64,000 bases of DNA from Myxococcota bacterium (GTDB lineage: Bacteria; Myxococcota_C; UBA6777). This document shows positions 1 to 10,023 of the stretch, piece after piece (position 1 is the first letter of the stretch; each line of letters starts with the position of its first letter). The stretch lies in the NCBI GenBank assembly GCA_023150835.1, contig JAKLKB010000033.1, positions 2,411-66,410 on the forward strand, read 5' to 3'. The position numbers were made by a program, and so were the translations under genes. The notes under the pieces are model-generated. The model made no database searches. It was not told the DNA's origin and saw only the letters and a program-made list of their open reading frames with translations.

Positions 1-30
1 GTTTCCCAATCCCCCCAAGCCCCCGCAGCG

Positions 31-1797
31 TTGCGCTCCCAAGCAGAGGCCGCGATCCTTGACAGCAAACAGCATCGTGCGTGGATGCGCCGCAGTCGCT
101 TCTTTCGGCGTGGTACGTTGGTTCCGGGGGGAAATCTGCGCGAGCGTCTGCGCATTGAACGCCAACGATTGCGCCGCGCATCGCTCGCCGTCGGGCGGTG
201 GCTTGCGGTATACCAAGATCTCCAAAGCAAAGAGGTGCTTTGCTTACAAGAAGAACAGAGGCAGATCGAGAAACAAGAAGAAAAGCTCTCGCGCATACAA
301 CCCGATATCCTCGACGCGCTCGAAAAAAACGAGATGGCCCTGTTAGACAAGCATTACTCGCGCTTTTTGTTTGCGCGCAATACAGCGTTGCGGGTGCATT
401 ATGCACGAGCGCAACGTTGCTATACGGCGCTGCATACGCAGTTTGCGCAGCACCATCGTATGCTCTCAAGGGCCATCTGGTTCGAGGAGTTTCCTCTGCA
501 TTACGATCATCCGTCCTTGCGTCGGTTTGAAGCATCGGGTTTGTTTCTCTTCGATAGCTTTGTGGATCAATTGCGTGATGACTTTCACGCAGCCTACGAA
601 CCCGAAAATCGACTCCAGAAGCGGAAGTGGACCCTTGGGACGGGGCTTTCCGCTCGTTTGCTGTACCAGCGCGATTGGCCGAGTGGATGGCTCGCACGCG
701 TCGACGCACAAGCCGAGGGGCGGTATTATTTTCTTTTGCCGCAGTTAGGCTCTTTTGGGGGCGCGTTGGATCTTCAGCTTTTGCACGGCAAACGCACGAC
801 CTCCTACGAAGGGCTGACCTTTTTCCAGCTACAAGGAGCCTACAGCCAAGCACCTCCCGAAGAGACCGGATGGCCTGAGATGTACGTTGGCGAGCGCGTG
901 ACGGCGCGTGCTGCGTGGGGGATTGCGGGCCGATGGTCTCGTCTGCGCGGAAATACCGTGTCTTTGAAGCTACGAATCGATCACGAGCTACAAGCCCCCA
1001 TCCAAGAACCCGAAGGCCCCGCACTCAGCGCAGGGATGCGCAGTCGCCTCCAAGGGCGCGCCTCGTTTCGTTTCCAACGCGGGATCTTTGGGGTCTCGCT
1101 TTGGCAGCGTTTCGCGTGGTCTCATGCTTTTGAATCGCGCAATCTTTCCGCCAACCAATGGGATATCCTTTTGCGCTTTCAAGCGGGTGATCCGCGCCGC
1201 GATCTCAGCTTCCAATTGAGCGGTGGTTTGGGGGCTTATTGGCCGATCTCCCAAACACCCGTCCCAACGTGGCCTTCCGCCCTGACACAACCGATCTACA
1301 CGCCGATCTTTGCGATCCGCCTCCAAAGTCCACCAAGTGTCAGCCGTTATCCGTTGCACTGGTTGTTGGCTTTTGAACGCAAGATCTATCCTGCGTTGCG
1401 CTTCGATTCTTCGGCTGTGTTGGAACATTCTTTTCTTGCGCAGATCTCTTTTGGGGCACCTCCCCCCCAACTGGCTCTTTTGCCGTGGACGCAGTTTACA
1501 GCGGTGTTTGGGATGTCGCTGCATTTCTTGGAGGTCGATGCGCTACAAGCGCCCGTCCAAGTCGCCGCAACACCCGTCAAGATCCCCCAACAGCTAATCC
1601 GTATCTTTGCCAAAGCTTACCTTCCTTTCGAGCGCTATTGGGGGGTAGAGACGGGGCTTCATCTTGACTTTGTGGCCCAAGGCTTTCGTAGCTACGAAGA
1701 TCCCGATAGCCAGCCGCTTCGAGCCTCTCCGCGCAACCACTTTCTTCCGCGTGCGATGGTGTATTTGCGCTTGCACTTTGGCTTGCCGCTGCGTTGA
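31..1797 (+). CDS. Hypothetical protein. The reading frame stays open back to position 1, so the 5' end may lie outside the window.
   Basis: 588-codon ORF with no stop between position 1 and 31 in frame. Codon usage matches neighbouring genes. It sits 20 bp upstream of, and co-oriented with, the next gene. No recognisable motif. Confidence 0.4.
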   Translation: MRSQAEAAILDSKQHRAWMRRSRFFRRGTLVPGGNLRERLRIERQRLRRASLAVGRWLAVYQDLQSKEVLCLQEEQRQIEKQEEKLSRIQPDILDALEKNEMALLDKHYSRFLFARNTALRVHYARAQRCYTALHTQFAQHHRMLSRAIWFEEFPLHYDHPSLRRFEASGLFLFDSFVDQLRDDFHAAYEPENRLQKRKWTLGTGLSARLLYQRDWPSGWLARVDAQAEGRYYFLLPQLGSFGGALDLQLLHGKRTTSYEGLTFFQLQGAYSQAPPEETGWPEMYVGERVTARAAWGIAGRWSRLRGNTVSLKLRIDHELQAPIQEPEGPALSAGMRSRLQGRASFRFQRGIFGVSLWQRFAWSHAFESRNLSANQWDILLRFQAGDPRRDLSFQLSGGLGAYWPISQTPVPTWPSALTQPIYTPIFAIRLQSPPSVSRYPLHWLLAFERKIYPALRFDSSAVLEHSFLAQISFGAPPPQLALLPWTQFTAVFGMSLHFLEVDALQAPVQVAATPVKIPQQLIRIFAKAYLPFERYWGVETGLHLDFVAQGFRSYEDPDSQPLRASPRNHFLPRAMVYLRLHFGLPLR

Positions 1798-1816
1798 TCG
1801 CGAAAGGTGGGTTGTG

Positions 1817-4800
1817 ATGTGTGTGCGAATTGGACCGAGATCATCGAATCGATCGGATGCGGCAAGTGCCTGCACCTCGTTATGGGTTGCAGCCTCCTTG
1901 CCCCCGTATCAGCGGGCTGTACAGATGCTTTTTAAACCAACGATGCTGGTGCCTTGTGTGCTGGGGGGGGGAGGGTTTGATCGCGCTGCTCTTTTGCGGG
2001 AGTGGTTTTGCTTCTTTTGGGCCTGTTTTTCCGTAGGGACGGTGCTTTATGTGTCTCGCGTGGAGGCAGAAAACTGGCAGATCCGCCGCAAAGATCGTTG
2101 GGAGAAAGTCGCCCTTCGATGGCGGCAGCTTTTTCTCCAAGATCCACGACGTGATGACGTTGCACAGCAGCTTTGGCTACATTATGCAAAACGCGGAACC
2201 ACCGAACGATTGATCCAAGAGATCCATCAAACGCCTGTTGGCTCCAAAGAGGCTGATCGAAAGATGCTTGCTCTAGCGCAGCTTTATCATCGCAAAGCCG
2301 CCCATCAACGGGCGTTTGTGTTGTGGACGCTTTTATGGGAAAAACGACAGCGCTTACAAACGTGGCTGCATCCCGCACAGATCGCCCTTTGGAACAGCCG
2401 ATCTCTTCAAGCGCAGGCCCGCTTTTCCGAAGCCCTCGTCTTTCTTCAACGCGCCCAACAAGCCTCTCCCCCAAAGCCCCTTCACCTCAAGATATTGCAG
2501 GAGATCGTTGCACTTTCCGCCTCGCGCCAACAGCCTCTACAAGCCCTTCAAGCACTCCAACACCTTGTCCAACTTCTCCCCAACGATCCACGCCACAAGA
2601 TCGCGATGGCGCAGATCCTTCGACAGCTTCGGCGTTATCGCGAGGCCAGTGCGATCTTGCGCGACGCGATCCAAAAAGCACCCAAGCCCCAACGCCCGAT
2701 GCTTTGGAAACAGATCGCCGAAGATGCCCTGCGAGCAGGTGAACTGGACACCGCCCTCCAAGCCCTCACGCAAGCTCGCCGCTCGCTCGACGCTCAACAC
2801 TGGCTGCACCGCGAGTTGGACCCTCTCGCCATCCGTACGCATCGGCTCCAAGCGTCTTTGCCTGTGTTGATCCGAGACTACGAACAAGCTGTTTCGACCG
2901 ATCCCCAACGCATCCAACCCTTGCTCGCGCAGCTTTACGAAGAGATCGCCCAACCCCAAAAAGCCATCGCGATGTACCAGCAGATCGTGTCCTCTGATCC
3001 GAGCAGCCCGTATTATCCGAAGCTTGCGGGGCTACTTGTTCAACAAGGCCGCACAAAGGAGGCGATCGCGCTGATGCTCCAACGCCAACAGCGCGCCCCA
3101 CAAGACGACACCATCGCGATCCAGACCCTTGACTTCTTCTACTCCCTCGACACCAACGAGTCTTCCAGCACGCTCCAAGCCTTTTTGCGTTCCCCCCTTG
3201 GACAACAACCGCGCTTCCTTGAATCCTTGCTTCAACGTGCGACGGCTTGGAAGCTCGAACCCACGCAACAACTCCCCTTTTATGAGCGGCTGTGTGCGCT
3301 GCCTCCGCTGCGGGCCTCTTGCTTTTCTCGCTGGGGCAAACTCTTGTGGACCTTGCATCGACGTGCCGAAGCTTACGCGACATGGCGACGCATCGAGTCC
3401 TTGCATCCGCCTTCTGCGCGGGACTTGTTTGTGTTGGCGCTCTTGCTTCTTCAACATGAACGTGGCACAGACAGCATCCCGATCCTTGAGCGTGTGCTGG
3501 CTCTTGCCCCCAAACACACACGCGCTCGCTTGCGTCTTGCCCAAGAGCTTCTGAAAGCGGGTGACCCCAAAAAACAGGCTGACGCGCTGTTTCGCCGCGT
3601 CTTGCGCGAAAGCCCTCTGGCCTCTTTGCGCGAACAAGCCCGAAAAGGTGTCATCCAAACTGCGTTTCTTCACTACGGAAAAGAAGGCGCTTGGTTTTTC
3701 TTTTCTTCTCGCTCGACTCTTGAACCTTTGTCTCTTTTTCAAAAGAAATTGTATATCGCTTATGCTTTGGAAAGCCAAGATCGCGCCCTTGCCACTCGCC
3801 AACTCCAAGAAGCGCTGTCGTTTTCACCCGACGATATCGAACTGCATCGCATCGCTCTCTTGATCTACGGCCACACTGCCTCTGCCCTCCCTCATTTTTT
3901 TCGCCTGATCGAGCTCGATCCTGCCCATCAGATGCGCTACCTCCCCGATCTGCTCCATCTCGCCGAAACCCACCGCCAACAACACCGCATCCTCCCGCTT
4001 CTCCAAAGCCTCACCCAACAACAGCCCGATCAAATCAAGCTCTGGCGATGGCTTGGAAAACAAGCTCTTGCTCAAAAGCGATGGCAGCTTGCCCAACAGG
4101 CTTTTTCGGAAGTCTTGCAGCGCGAACCCAACGATACATCGAGCCGCCTCGGGATCGCTCGTCTCCACACACGCGCACAACGCTGGAAAGAGGCTTATAC
4201 CCTTCTCTCCACACCCCCCTTTCCGACACAAGAACACGCGCCTTGGCAGACGTTGCTTTTGCGTGTCGGGCAACATCAAAAAGTGCCGCCTGCACAGTTG
4301 CTCTCTGACCTTCAACGATCGTTGCAAGGTCATCCCGCCCCTCTATTCGGCCTGATGCACCATCTCCAAGAGATCCGCCATAGCCCTCAACCCTCCAAAC
4401 TGCGCCAACATGCGCGCACGCTCACAAACCAACACCTCGATACGTGGCACCACATCGTTCTTGATGCGCGCCAGCCGCTTCGTTATCGTTGGCAAGCCGC
4501 TTTGCTGATCCTCGAAGCCAAACAGAAACGTTCTTTGCCCACCCTTAAACGCCTTTTGCTCGATCGCATCGAGCGTTTGCGTGGCGCTGCTCTGATCGGG
4601 CTGGCCTTTATCGATGGCCTCGATCAATACGCATGGATCAACGAAGCACGCACCCAAGAGCGCCATCACACGGTGCGGATCGCGGCCATGATCGCGGATG
4701 CTTGGGTGCTCAAAGACCCTACCGCTCAACGTTATGCCCTCCAAAGCGCTTGCCATCGGGTGAGCACCCGTTGGCTCCAACGCTTGCTTTGGAGTACGCT

Positions 4801-5113
4801 CGCTCTTCAACCTTCCCTCCAAGAACTCCCCATCCTTGCCTGCCTATTTCGTTACGGAAACGCGGACCTTCAGCGCGACACCCTTCGGCTTCTTGCGTAC
4901 ATGCCGCCCTCTCTGATCTCTCTCTTAAAAGAGCAGCTCCAACAACCCGGATATTCCCGCTGTTTTTTGTACCAAGCTTTTCGCTACCTCAGCCGCCACC
5001 CCGAAGTCTCCCCTGCTGTTCAACAAGCCGCACGCACACAACCCCTCGATCCTCTCGCTGATCTCTGCCGCAGCGAAACAAATAATCGTATCGACCTTCC
5101 CGTCTTTCATTGA
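1817..5113 (+). CDS. Large TPR-repeat protein.
   Basis: The supplied ORF (1664..5113) overlaps the previous gene in another frame. The in-frame ATG at 1817 is preceded by 'aaaggtgg'. The body has repeated helical A/L/Q-rich ~34-aa units typical of TPR. Confidence 0.55.
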   Translation: MCVRIGPRSSNRSDAASACTSLWVAASLPPYQRAVQMLFKPTMLVPCVLGGGGFDRAALLREWFCFFWACFSVGTVLYVSRVEAENWQIRRKDRWEKVALRWRQLFLQDPRRDDVAQQLWLHYAKRGTTERLIQEIHQTPVGSKEADRKMLALAQLYHRKAAHQRAFVLWTLLWEKRQRLQTWLHPAQIALWNSRSLQAQARFSEALVFLQRAQQASPPKPLHLKILQEIVALSASRQQPLQALQALQHLVQLLPNDPRHKIAMAQILRQLRRYREASAILRDAIQKAPKPQRPMLWKQIAEDALRAGELDTALQALTQARRSLDAQHWLHRELDPLAIRTHRLQASLPVLIRDYEQAVSTDPQRIQPLLAQLYEEIAQPQKAIAMYQQIVSSDPSSPYYPKLAGLLVQQGRTKEAIALMLQRQQRAPQDDTIAIQTLDFFYSLDTNESSSTLQAFLRSPLGQQPRFLESLLQRATAWKLEPTQQLPFYERLCALPPLRASCFSRWGKLLWTLHRRAEAYATWRRIESLHPPSARDLFVLALLLLQHERGTDSIPILERVLALAPKHTRARLRLAQELLKAGDPKKQADALFRRVLRESPLASLREQARKGVIQTAFLHYGKEGAWFFFSSRSTLEPLSLFQKKLYIAYALESQDRALATRQLQEALSFSPDDIELHRIALLIYGHTASALPHFFRLIELDPAHQMRYLPDLLHLAETHRQQHRILPLLQSLTQQQPDQIKLWRWLGKQALAQKRWQLAQQAFSEVLQREPNDTSSRLGIARLHTRAQRWKEAYTLLSTPPFPTQEHAPWQTLLLRVGQHQKVPPAQLLSDLQRSLQGHPAPLFGLMHHLQEIRHSPQPSKLRQHARTLTNQHLDTWHHIVLDARQPLRYRWQAALLILEAKQKRSLPTLKRLLLDRIERLRGAALIGLAFIDGLDQYAWINEARTQERHHTVRIAAMIADAWVLKDPTAQRYALQSACHRVSTRWLQRLLWSTLALQPSLQELPILACLFRYGNADLQRDTLRLLAYMPPSLISLLKEQLQQPGYSRCFLYQAFRYLSRHPEVSPAVQQAARTQPLDPLADLCRSETNNRIDLPVFH

Positions 5114-5195
5114 CCTGCGTGAGTTGCCTATGCGGGGATTGAGGATTTTTTGATCTTGCGCTAAGACCTGAGGGCTAGCGGCTGAAACACCTAAC

Positions 5196-5322
5196 GATAC
5201 GAAATCCACCCACCGTGTGATCGTCAAACGTAGGAGCAGCCCCCTGTGGCTGCCCAAGAACAGGGCAATTACAGCGGATCGCGTCAACATCGCGATCTCA
5301 CACCACTCGGATATCGTATGAG
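5196..5322 (+). repeat. REP-like intergenic element, copy 1 of 4. Core is 'gatacgaaatcc…gtgtgatcgt…ggggcagcccNNtgtggctgccc…ctcggatatcgtatgag'.
   Basis: Shares the conserved 5' and 3' ends and the GGGCAGCC/GGCTGCCC hairpin with the elements at 19649, 33881 and 54138. All four are in the same orientation. Confidence 0.7.
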
Positions 5323-5333
5323 CAGGTCGCACC

Positions 5334-7730
5334 ATGCCAAACCAACCCATCCACGCATCGTCTGGCGAATTCCTTGACGCAGCTTTTCCATTTGATCTCG
5401 CTCAGTTGTTTGAAGATCTTTTGCATGAGTTGTACATCTTCGATCGCGAGTCTCTGCGATTTCTTGTCGTCAACCGAACTGCACGCGAAAACCTCGGATA
5501 CTCTAGCGAAGAATTTCATCAGATCACCCCGCTGCATCTCAAGCTAGACTATACACGCGAACGCTTCGAGGCTCTGATCGCTCCGCTTCGTGAGGCCCGC
5601 GAAAAAAGGGTATGTTTTGAAACTTTGCACACCCGAAAAAACGGGACACGCTACCCCGTCGAAGTCCACTTGCAGACGGGCGAATGGAGCGGGCGTGTTG
5701 TGTTTGTTGCGATGGTTCTGGATACCTCCGAGCGCGTCCAAGTTCAAGAAGCTTTGCGCCTTAGTGAACGCCGCTTGCGCACCATCTTTGAACAAGTGGG
5801 CGTGGGCGTCGCCCTGATCCACACGGAATCTTCGGTGTATCTGAGGGTCAATCAACGTTACTGCGATATCGTGGGCCGCACCCACCAAGAACTCATGGCG
5901 GGCCTTACCTTCAAAGATCTCACGCATCCAGACGATCTTGCCCGTCAATCGGTCAAGATGGAACAGATGGAACGTGGCGAGATCGCCGACTTTACGATGG
6001 AAAAGCGTTTTGTCCACAAAGACGGCTCTTGGGTTTGGGCGAGCCTGACGATCTCTCCGGGATGGGAGAAAGAAGACTCTCACCGCCAACACATCGCGAT
6101 CATCCAAGATATCACCCAAAGCAAGAAAGCCCGCGAAGAACTCCACCAAAAAAGTACGCTGTTGAAAAATATCCTCGATTCTTCCGAAGATTTGATCTTT
6201 GTGAAGGACTGCGATCTGCGCAACGTGCTTTCTAACCGCTGCTTCGCTGCGATCCTTGGAAAGGAACCTGAAGAGATCGTCGGGACGACAGACGAAGAAG
6301 CGGGATGGGATGTCCAGTTCATCGAGGGCGATCCTGCGCTCGGCATCCGAGGCTACGCCCAAGACGACCGCGAAGCGCTTTCAGGAAAGCGCGTCCACAA
6401 CCCCTATGATCCGGCCCCTGTGCGTGGAAAGATGCGGATCTTTGATACGAAAAAATTCCCTCTGCTCAACGAACAAAACGAGATCGTCGGTGTGTTGGGG
6501 ATCTCGCGTGATGTGACGGAGCGGCACGAAGACGAAAAACGGCGATTGGAGCTAGAGCGACAAGTACAACACGCGCAAAAGCTCGAAAGCCTCGGCATCT
6601 TGGCGGGTGGGATCGCACATGACTTTAATAACCTACTGACGGGCATCTTGGGATATTCGGATCTTGCGCTTAGTGCGATGATGCCGGGTTCATCGGTACA
6701 TGGATATATCGAAGAGGTTGTGAAGGGAGCCCGCCAAGCAGCAGCGTTAACACAGCAGATGCTTGCGTATTCCGGCAAGGGCCGTTTCGTTGTCAAGGCG
6801 TTGGATCTGGCCAAGTTGATCGAGGAGATGGGACGATTGTTGGAGATATCGATCTCCAAGAAGTGCATCTTGCGCTACGAGTTTATCCCGGGCCTTCCAT
6901 TGATCGAGGCGGATGCTTCGCAGGTTCGGCAGATCGTGATGAACCTTGTGATCAACGCCTCCGAAGCCATCGGCGATCGCAGCGGGGTGATCGCGGTCAG
7001 TACGGGCATGATGTTTTGCGACAAGGCTTATTTTTCAGAGACTTATCTCGACGAAAATCTGACGGAGGGGTTGTATGTCTATCTCGAAGTTTCGGACAAT
7101 GGGTGTGGTATGTCGCCCGAAACACAAGCCAAGATCTTCGATCCCTTCTTTACAACCAAGTTCACGGGGCGCGGGCTTGGTCTTGCCGCAGTATTGGGCA
7201 TCGTGCGTGGTCATCACGGGGCAGTAAAGGTGTACAGTGAGTTGGGCAGAGGCACCACCATGAAAGTTCTGTTTCCAGCTTCAGAACAACAAGGAGCGAA
7301 TGCTCGCATCGCTCCAACATCGCCTGTGGGGTGGCAGACTTCGGGACTGGCTCTGGTTGTGGACGACGAAGAATCTGTGCGGGCGTTGGCGCGTGTGATG
7401 CTCGAAAAAATGGGCTTTTCGGTGATATCTGCCGCAGATGGCCGCGAAGCTGTCGAGGTCTTTCGTCAAAAAGCCGATCAGATCGACCTTGTTTTGTTGG
7501 ATATGACGATGCCTCATCTCAACGGTGAGGAAACCTTTCGGGAGATGCGGCGGATCCGTAGCGGTGTATGTACAATCCTTTCTAGCGGATACAACGAGCA
7601 ATCCGCAACCAATCGTTTCGCTGGAAAGGGCCTCGCAGGATTTATCCAAAAACCGTATCGCTACGAAGGGCTGCGCGATGTCGTTCAAAAGGCGATCGAG
7701 GCGCGGGCACTCTCAACCGAACCCTCTTGA
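5334..7730 (+). CDS. Hybrid sensor histidine kinase/response regulator with PAS/PAC domains, HisKA, HATPase_c and a C-terminal REC domain.
   Basis: H-box 'HDFNNLLTGILGYSDLAL'. ATPase G-boxes 'DNGCGM…GRGLGLA'. Receiver motif 'LVVDDEESVRALARVM…DLVLLDMTMPHLNGEE'. Two PAS-like segments. Confidence 0.85.
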   Translation: MPNQPIHASSGEFLDAAFPFDLAQLFEDLLHELYIFDRESLRFLVVNRTARENLGYSSEEFHQITPLHLKLDYTRERFEALIAPLREAREKRVCFETLHTRKNGTRYPVEVHLQTGEWSGRVVFVAMVLDTSERVQVQEALRLSERRLRTIFEQVGVGVALIHTESSVYLRVNQRYCDIVGRTHQELMAGLTFKDLTHPDDLARQSVKMEQMERGEIADFTMEKRFVHKDGSWVWASLTISPGWEKEDSHRQHIAIIQDITQSKKAREELHQKSTLLKNILDSSEDLIFVKDCDLRNVLSNRCFAAILGKEPEEIVGTTDEEAGWDVQFIEGDPALGIRGYAQDDREALSGKRVHNPYDPAPVRGKMRIFDTKKFPLLNEQNEIVGVLGISRDVTERHEDEKRRLELERQVQHAQKLESLGILAGGIAHDFNNLLTGILGYSDLALSAMMPGSSVHGYIEEVVKGARQAAALTQQMLAYSGKGRFVVKALDLAKLIEEMGRLLEISISKKCILRYEFIPGLPLIEADASQVRQIVMNLVINASEAIGDRSGVIAVSTGMMFCDKAYFSETYLDENLTEGLYVYLEVSDNGCGMSPETQAKIFDPFFTTKFTGRGLGLAAVLGIVRGHHGAVKVYSELGRGTTMKVLFPASEQQGANARIAPTSPVGWQTSGLALVVDDEESVRALARVMLEKMGFSVISAADGREAVEVFRQKADQIDLVLLDMTMPHLNGEETFREMRRIRSGVCTILSSGYNEQSATNRFAGKGLAGFIQKPYRYEGLRDVVQKAIEARALSTEPS

Positions 7731-7772
7731 GACGGCAAATCGATCGGTGTATCGGCCTGTTTTGGGGGGAGA

Positions 7773-9521
7773 TCAATCTTTGAATTGGGGGAAGGTGAAG
7801 CTACCGATGGCGCGTTTGAGGGAGAGAGTGGCGACTTCGAGGCTGAGGGTTTCGCGCAGGAGATTGATGCGTGCGGAGTTGAGGGTGTTGTTGGCGTCGG
7901 AGACTTCGAGGGGTGTGGCGACGCCTGTTTTGTAGCGTTCTTCGGTGAGGTTGTAGCTGCGTTCGGCCAAAACGACTTGTTGTCGAGCGGTTTCGATGGA
8001 GGCTTGGGCATTTTTGACGGCGAGCAGGGAGGTGGAGACTTCGTTTTCGACTTGGCGGTGAGTTTTGGCGAGATTGAGTCGGGCTTCGCGCAGTTTGGAT
8101 TCATTTTCTTGGAGGGCTGCGTAGCGAGCGCCACCTTCGTACAGGTTGAGGCTTGCGGACAAGGTGATGGACCACGTTGCATTTTGATCCGTCCCGAAGG
8201 CTCGGAAGTTCCCGACACGCAGAGAGGTTGCAAGAGCGATGGTGGGGATGTAGCGCAACCAGACTTCGGTGACGTTTTTTTCGGCGACTTGGACGGCAAA
8301 GCGGGCGGCTTTGACTTCTTCGCGGAGTTGCTTGGCTTGACTCATCCATGTATCAAGTCCATCCGTCATATCGGGCGGTGGAGCGGGGCGTTTGGGGCGG
8401 AAGCGCATATCGCGTTGGTTGAGCAACAAGGCGAGTGCGAGTTTGGTATTACGCAGCCCTGTTTCGGATTGGATCAGTTGTTGTTGTGCGCTGACCACGT
8501 CCAGTTCAGCGCGGGTGACGGTGAGAGAAGGCGTCACTCCTGCGAGATAACGGGCTTGGGCGATCTGCAAGCGTTCTTCGGCGTTTTGGAGAGTCTGCCG
8601 TGCGATATCGACCAAACCATCGGTCAAGAGGACGCTATAGTAGGCGCGGGTGGCTGCAAACATGATCTCGCGTCGGGCTTGTTTGAGGCTCTCAGCGATC
8701 TGATCCACCGATAGATAGGCCGCTTCCAAGATCGGGATGGCGCGAAGGTTAAAGAACTGCCAGTTTGCTTGGAGTTGGAAGATCAATTGGTCGATGGGGG
8801 TGATGATGGTGGGGGGGGCGTTGGCCATCTCTTCGAGTTGCTTTTTGGTTTCGGCTGGGATGGGAAAACCATCGAACAGCTTGAGCAACGGGCCAAACGA
8901 AGAACCTGTAGAGAACGCGGCTTCGACTTGGTTGCGTACATAGATGCCTTGGGCGGAGACTTGGGGCTTCAAGATCGCCCATGTCTTGTAGCGGATCAGT
9001 TCGGCTTGTACCATCCGCTCGCGCAAGATCTTAAGATCCAAGTTGTCTTTGCGAACCATCTCGTACACTTTGGTGAGATCAAGCTCGGGATCGCTGGCGT
9101 CTGTGCGCGGGCGCAAGGGCGGCTTTTTGATCGCGGTCACTTCTTTGGGGGCGGCGCTCGTGGTTGGCGTTTGCGCCAAGATCGCTGGAGTTGGTTTGAT
9201 TTGAAAAGGGCGTGTTCGGCGCGTTTTGGGCGTCTGTGTGGGCTTTTTGAGGATCAACGCCAAGCGTCGACGAAGTTGACGTTTGGACCATCGCGCTTTG
9301 CTATGGGTGCGATCTCGATCGGCGCGGCGTTTGTTGTATCGCTGTTGCTTCGCTCGGGTGGTTCGCTTCTTTCGATGGATTTCGCGCTTTGCTTGCTTTC
9401 CAAACCTCGTCTGTGTTCGGTCTTTTTGCGATCTTGTTGTGCTGTCTTCCGCCATCGCTGGGCGTCCCCACAAAATGACCGCTACAAAAAACATCCACAA
9501 AAACAACCTCATCCGCTTCAT
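7773..9521 (-). CDS. TolC-family outer membrane efflux protein, with an N-terminal basic K/R-rich extension.
   Basis: Signal peptide 'MKRMRLFLWMFFVAVILWGRPAMA' at the in-frame ATG at 9521. Duplicated OEP helix-barrel repeats ('…ARYLAGVTPSLTVTRAELDVVSAQQQL…'). The longer ORF start at 9710 lacks a signal peptide. Confidence 0.75.
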   Translation of the reverse strand: MKRMRLFLWMFFVAVILWGRPAMAEDSTTRSQKDRTQTRFGKQAKREIHRKKRTTRAKQQRYNKRRADRDRTHSKARWSKRQLRRRLALILKKPTQTPKTRRTRPFQIKPTPAILAQTPTTSAAPKEVTAIKKPPLRPRTDASDPELDLTKVYEMVRKDNLDLKILRERMVQAELIRYKTWAILKPQVSAQGIYVRNQVEAAFSTGSSFGPLLKLFDGFPIPAETKKQLEEMANAPPTIITPIDQLIFQLQANWQFFNLRAIPILEAAYLSVDQIAESLKQARREIMFAATRAYYSVLLTDGLVDIARQTLQNAEERLQIAQARYLAGVTPSLTVTRAELDVVSAQQQLIQSETGLRNTKLALALLLNQRDMRFRPKRPAPPPDMTDGLDTWMSQAKQLREEVKAARFAVQVAEKNVTEVWLRYIPTIALATSLRVGNFRAFGTDQNATWSITLSASLNLYEGGARYAALQENESKLREARLNLAKTHRQVENEVSTSLLAVKNAQASIETARQQVVLAERSYNLTEERYKTGVATPLEVSDANNTLNSARINLLRETLSLEVATLSLKRAIGSFTFPQFKD

Positions 9522-10023
9522 CCACATTCTCCACAGTGATCCAACCCACATCGCTCTTGACACGCTCGCCGCATCGTTTTCGGTCGGTGGACTCAAAAAA
9601 ACGTGTGCAACATTAATCCCCTCCCCCCCGCCTGTCAAGCGCAGGAAAACGATCCTGTCAGCGACGATCTTCTTGGATGGATGGGCTTCTCGAAAAGGTG
9701 CGCATCGCATCGTTCAAGATACGGAACACTCTATTGTTCGCAGCCCCTCGAATGGTTTCGTCGTTTGGAAAACGATCGAATCCTTCGTCGGTATGGGGCC
9801 AAGGGGCGACCGTCTATGGCGGAGTGGGTCCCTCGCTCCATTAAAACGATCTGCGAAACTCCTAACAGGACTTACGCAGTCGCCCAAAAAAGCCGTGTTC
9901 GCACCCGTCCAAGCGAGAACATCGAAGTCGGGGGTTTGGAGAAGGGGGTTTGGGGAGGAAGAAGGGGCGAAGGTGTAAAAAGGGCGGAAGATTGGGAGGG
10001 AAAGATGGATTGTTGGGAGCGGA

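Noticed and set aside
1664-1816. The upstream 51 codons of the supplied 1149-aa ORF.
   Set aside because: They overlap the preceding gene in a different frame. The in-frame ATG at 1817 with a ribosome-binding site gives a non-overlapping gene.
7685-8714. ORFs antisense to, or overlapping, the TolC-like gene (204 aa minus, 309 aa plus).
   Set aside because: The TolC frame has a clear signal peptide and family-typical repeats. The others are Gly/Ala/Pro-rich products typical of high-GC antisense frames.
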